A stretch of DNA of 64,000 bases from Lingula anatina (Eukaryota > Animalia > Brachiopoda). The translations under genes and the position numbers were made by a program. The stretch covers positions 25,364,401-25,428,400 of the forward strand of contig CM120641.1 in the NCBI GenBank assembly GCA_051362555.1, read 5' to 3'. Position 1 is the stretch's first letter, and every line of letters starts with the position of its first letter. A model generated the notes under the pieces. It made no database searches. It was not told the origin of the DNA and was given only the letters and a program-made list of their open reading frames with translations. Positions 58,708 to 64,000 of this stretch are shown here, piece after piece.

Positions 58708-61700
58708 TTATTCAGTGTGTTTGGTACTTAATGTGTCAGTAATCTCTGCTATTAACTCCTCCAGATCATAACTGAGATGTTCAGGCCCTAAAGCTTTAAA
58801 ATCTGCATCTTGTTTCATGTCTTGAAGAATTTCTTTGACTCTTTGTAGGTCAAAATAGTAGTGAAATACTTTGCTTGATTGCACTGAGATTTCTTTCTGA
58901 ATATCATTTTGTTGCTGGCATTTTTCTATCCTGTGTCGAGCAATTGTGTTCATAAAATTGAAAAATCCTGGATAATCAATTCCACTGCTTGCATGCAGGA
59001 TGAGCTGAAAAGAAAAAAAAATTATCTTGAAATGTTTCAATCAAAAACACGTCATGCACCATACACTTTAAACTTAAGTCTTTCTTATGATTTTGAACTA
59101 TGAGCTTTTTAAGTAAAGAGACCTCTTTGAACAAATCTATTTCAGATATTAATGGCCACATAAAAAAATGAAGAAATCCCACAAAATATCTCTTTTTTAT
59201 TAAATGAGACAATTGTGTTTTCAAAGACGTTGTTATATTTCTGATTCTTTGTTTGTATTGTTATTTAATCTAGTTGTAAGCCAGTCTAGGTTTAACTCCA
59301 AGTCTGCTGACCTGGCATTGTTGTTCCCACCCCTCCATGTCTTTACAGTCACTGATTTCTTTCTTCACCTCTGCCAAGCTTTGTTTTATGAAGCCCCAGC
59401 ATATGTCAACATTGCAGGCATTCAGCCAGTTATGATTGATAGAAATGGTATCTTCCTGGAAGAAATAAAGTGACTTCTGAGACATCATTTGCATCATTAA
59501 TTAAGTAAAATTTTAACATTTAACTTGTAATATAGTCTTACTCTTTCTTGAAAATGACAATGAACTATTGTATTTTATATTCATAATTTATTGAAGGAAG
59601 GAATTAAAGAGGCACGATATAAAATTTTAGGGAGAATTCAGATAGACCCATCTTACTAGTTGGCTTAATTACTCTTAGCTTCCCTAGGAGGCGTGTCAGA
59701 CAATTAAGCTGATTTCACAGATTGCATTTAACCATAATGCCCTACAGAGTTGAACCTACACAAGTAGTACAAATTTAATAGAAAGTACCTACAACACATT
59801 CTGTCATAGAGTAAAAAACAAAATGGTTATACCAGGTTCCAAACTTGATGATGCCACCCACTGGGAACAAAGATAACCTGTCCAGCTTCCTGTATTATTG
59901 TATATTGTCTTTGTAAATTGCGATATTTTGGAAAACTTGTCACGTCATCAAGTTCTGGTGAACAGACATCAAACACTAACTTCCCAAATCTGTTGGTAAA
60001 ACATTCTTCTTCACCTGGTGACAAAAAATATGATCATAATTTCTTAATTAATCAGGTAAAAGTAAAATTCATTTGCTGGAGTGGTAACAAGGCAAAGAAA
60101 ATTTGGGAGATAACAAAAAGTTAAGGTTATTGCAATTTGTAGACCACATTTTGCACAAGGCATTATTGACCTTGAGTAACAGGTACATGTACTTCTGAAT
60201 CCCAATCACTTGCCTGGTGGGTAAAGTAACCATTTCTTTCTGCCACAGACATTTGCTGACCAACTGTATGATCTAAACACATCAGCATGGAAAGGTGTCC
60301 TAAAATGTTTAAAAAAAGATTTAAAAAATATATATATATATATATTACAAATACAAGAAAAATGTAAGATGGCTATGCACAGAATGATGAGCTACTTATC
60401 TGGAAAAGTAGGTATAATTTATAGTTTTATCAGAGTCCAATTTAGCTAGCACTGTACACAAATTCACTTTGAAAATGGATGCTTTTAATAAAAAATGGTG
60501 AATTTGTGTAACTATCTATGTTATTGTAACAGTACAGTTCTATGGCTTACATCTCAAGTAATTAAATAAAAGTGTGAATCTGTGAGTGAAGCTTGTTAAT
60601 TATTTCTTTGTATGTTTTCACATCTAATTTTTGCACTGAAAAAAGGTACAGAACATTTAATTCCCTGCATTAATTAACCTTGATAAAGTACCATGTTCCT
60701 TTAGCTCCCATGTAAACAAATCTGTAATCATCCTTGAGGTCTGGCCTTGTGTCCCAGTATTCATTCATCCAGTCAGACTGGAAATACTCAGGAGTTATGT
60801 ACGCATTGTAGTCTTGAAAATCTCTGAAAAATTAATTGCATATAATACAAGCAAAATTTTAAGCTGACTTTACTGTCAATTTTAATATGATTACACTAAA
60901 AATTAACCAGGTTAACCAAATTACAACTTTCAAGATGTGCACAATATTATTTTTAATCTGCCGAAAAGGAAAACCTGCAAACATCTATTTGGGTTTTTAA
61001 AAGTAAAGCACCTACTACAAAAACGGGACAATAATTAGCAAAAGATTTATCATAATATATTTACACTGTCCTAATCTGCTGTGAGCTTTCTATACTAATA
61101 AGAGCTATCAAAGTTTTGCTTTTCAAAAAAAAACAAACAATTACCTTGTGAAATGCCAGTCCTTTAAGTACAGACTCTGCATGTCAACAGGATAACCACT
61201 ATCAATGTATTTCTCCCAGTAAGTCAGGTAATCCTTGAGGTCCATATTTTGCTTGCAGTGAGACCCATATTCCTCCGTCTTGCAGTCTGCTACTGGGACA
61301 CTCACTTTGTCTAATAAGTGTAAAAAAAGTCAGGTTTATGGTGTATATTTATATATCTCATTTAAAGAAAATTACCAACTTTTTTTTTAAAATAAACTTT
61401 GTATTCTATGTATAGGCAATCTTCACAGAAGAACATATGAAAAATTTAGGAATAAACCATTATAAATAAGGTATCTTTTGTACATTTGTATAATGTAGAT
61501 CTGCTTTAAAATATATCGAAAGACCCCAGATTTAGCCCCCCCCCCCCCCCCCCCCCCCCCCCATTTGATTTCTGGAAAAAAAAAATCACACTATTTGAAA
61601 TTAGACCATACGAAATGGCACCCTTCACCAGTCGCCCTCAAAAATATCAATATTTTTCAGGGTCCTTAATTCACAGGGGGGGGGGGGAGAGAGGAGGGTC

Positions 61701-62109
61701 GGTTACCCCTTTTATAAAATTAACTTCAAGATAATTATGATAGAGTGGGGCTTGTCACCCAGCTAAAACAAAATCAGAATAGCATTTTGAACCTGCCTTT
61801 TGCAAAGAACAACTTTAAGTTCTCAAAGTTTGGTTTTCCGTCTTCTGTGACCCACTCCTTCCTTGCCTTCCATGAGTTGACAGCTAACTCTGGAGCCAGT
61901 AAACATGGCTTATTAGCAATCAAGTACTTTTTAAAGAACTCATCATAGGATATAGCCTCTGTGAGGACATCTATACTCCTCACTAACTGGTTTTGGTCAG
62001 CCTTTGACTCTGTGTTTCTTTCTTTCAAGATGTTCTCATGAGGAAACTGTTCCAGGGTAGATGCAGACAGAGAGGGTGCACCACATAATCCTTGCACTTG
62101 TAAAGACAT
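58708..62109 (-). CDS. JMJD4: JmjC-domain 2OG/Fe(II) oxygenase JMJD4; exons 62109-61797, 61310-61145, 60823-60692, 60299-60214, 60014-59833, 59455-59312, 59004-58708
   Basis: Motifs YLIANKPCLL, YLKDWHF, SDWMNEYW, DDYRFVYMGAKGTWTPFHADVFRSYSWSANVCGRKKW and IFVPSGWHHQVWNLEDTISINHNW, with the HxD...H iron triad. The frame is continuous only if two GC donors are used. Confidence 0.95.
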
Positions 62110-62553
62110 TTACTTCCTAGTACTCGGAGTCATAGTATACCACAGATAACTTTGGGGAAATTATATGAATCCTGAAAATTAAAATTTCACATAATGGATA
62201 AAGATGTACTGGTATGACAGATTCTGAAATACGAGAAATAATACACAAAGCATGCACATCTATACAAATTGTGAAAAGACTTAGTCTGTATGAGACAATT
62301 AGACTACAACCTTACATTCATCCTAAATCAGTGAACGTGTATGCACGTACCTCTCCCCCGCCACCCCCCCCCCCCCCTTTCCAAAGAAAAAACCACGAAG
62401 TTTCATGATGCGTTAGCACTCCATACATATTTACGGTTTTTGATATGCGCTATACTTCAGTAGGTGCTTCTCCCCTGCGGCCTCTAATACACTTGTATTT
62501 AAAAGAAATAGCACGAAAGTCATGCGTTGGCACTCCTGAATATTGACGATATG

Positions 62554-62660
62554 CTGTGCTACCCCCTGTAAGTACTATAGTGATGTACGTACTCCCCCCC
62601 TATTCTGTGCTACCCCCTGTAAGTACTAGTACTAGTGATGTACGTATACTCCCCCACCCC
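62554..62660. repeat. Short degenerate tandem repeat (~51-bp unit x2)
   Basis: CTGTGCTACCCCCTGTAAGTACTA...TAGTGATGTACGTA..CTCCCCC occurs twice. Confidence 0.8.
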
Positions 62661-62850
62661 CTCCCCCACTCCCGACATTTCGTTCACCAATGCAGCAATT
62701 GTACACAGGTTGAATTCTTACTTTTATCACATAAGGCTGGATACATTGCTCATGCCTGTCTTCCCGTCTAAGCCAAACTCGTACACCGTTAGAGGCAAGA
62801 GCTAGGTGTAGTACTTGGTGTGCACTGGCCGCTTGTACTTGCACGTTTTC

Positions 62851-63351
62851 CCATTAGGTTTCAAACCACTATTAAAAATCCCATTCACTTCCATTGTGAC
62901 GTTTAATTCTCTTAAAAATACTTTCCATGCTTCAACAAACACAACACTTCAGGTTTAAATACTTCTACTCAAGGCAATATTAAAAAATCAGGGTACATTT
63001 AGGTTATACGGCACTTCCGGCCTTCCTTGTTTAGCAAGTTTGAATCAAGAAGTGCATTTTAGTGCTTATTTTGGCAGACTGGCGGCAGCACCTTACGGGT
63101 CATGTCATGTCACTGGCAAGCTATGCCATTAATGTACCCTGATTTTTTAAATATTGTTTAGGCCTTGAGTAGAAGTATTTAAACCTGAAGTGTTGTGTTT
63201 GTTGATGCATGGGAAATATTTTTAAGAGAATTAAACGTTACAATGGAAGTGAATGGGATTTTTAATAGTGGTTTGTAGCCTAAATGGCATGGCCAGTGAC
63301 ATGACCCGTAAGGTGCTGCCGCCAGTCGGCCAAAATAAGCACTAAAATGCA
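62851..63351. repeat. Interleaved inverted repeats A-B-A'-B'
   Basis: A (62851-62999) is the reverse complement of 63131-63287, and B (63053-63130) is the reverse complement of 63283-63351, each with a few substitutions or indels. Confidence 0.9.
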
Positions 63352-63701
63352 GCAGGGGGAGGGCATGTAAAATTGGCCCCAGGCAGTAAAATTTCACCTT
63401 GATATGAAAAAAAAAACACATCAAATAAAAGGCAAATGAACAAATTTATTTCTAAAATTTATTTCAAAATTTTCAAATGATCCAAAATTGAAAAATAAAC
63501 TCATTTTTCTCTTATATGCAAATCTTCTTGCTTCAAACCAATAGTATATATATAAAAAGATGCGAGTGTGTGTTCCATTGTTTTTAAGAATGCACATCCT
63601 TTTTTTTCACGTTTTAAATAAATGACCCATTTTAACATAGATTAATGCTACTTATTATTATAATAATAATTTTTAAGGTTTAATAAATCATATTTAAAGC
63701 C

Positions 63702-64000
63702 CATCTATAGTCCTCACTAACTGGTCTTGGTCAGCCTTTGACTCTGTGTTTCTTTCTTTCAAGATGTTCTCATGAGGAAACTGTTCCAGGGTAGATGCAG
63801 ACAGAGAGGGTGCGCCACATAATTCTTGCACTTGTAAAGACATTTACTTCCTAGTACTCAGAGTCATAGTATACCAGAGAAAACTTCGGGGAAATTATAT
63901 TAATCCTGAAAATTAAAATTTCACATAATGGATAAAAATGTACTGGTATGACAGATTCTGAAATACGAGAAATAATACACAAAGCATGCATCTATACAAA
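63702..64000 (-). pseudogene. Truncated direct duplicate of the JMJD4 first coding exon and its upstream intron (copy of ~61968-62268); runs off the window end
   Basis: Near-identical sequence with scattered substitutions. It retains the acceptor and the ATG (63843), but the reading frame ends ...LVRTIDGL* just past the breakpoint. Confidence 0.85.

Overview
AT-rich, intron-rich animal genomic DNA, probably an invertebrate bilaterian such as a mollusc or other lophotrochozoan (the taxon is inferred). Bases ~4.2-36.2 kb (+) hold the 3' ~30 exons of a MACIT collagen (type XIII/XXIII/XXV-like). Its transmembrane N-terminus lies upstream of the window. A compact gene block follows: H2A.Z (+), a globin with a possible N-terminal extension (-), POLR3D/RPC4 (-), a CD225/dispanin (+), a C7orf57-like gene (-), METTL21A-like (+) and JMJD4 (-). 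Non-autonomous DNA elements (a Helentron/HINE-like element, a TTAA-flanked element, MITEs) and microsatellites sit in introns and intergenic DNA. The most notable observations are: (1) clusters of Rbfox TGCATG motifs around frame-preserving optional collagen exons, including a likely alternative pair in a non-collagenous linker and an alternative C-terminal tail; (2) two GC-AG introns in JMJD4; (3) a truncated duplicate of the JMJD4 start exon next to interleaved A-B-A'-B' inverted repeats; (4) a 30-bp hairpin whose only non-Watson-Crick pairs are G-U. All exon models were read by eye and need RNA-seq confirmation. I found no clearly new protein system.
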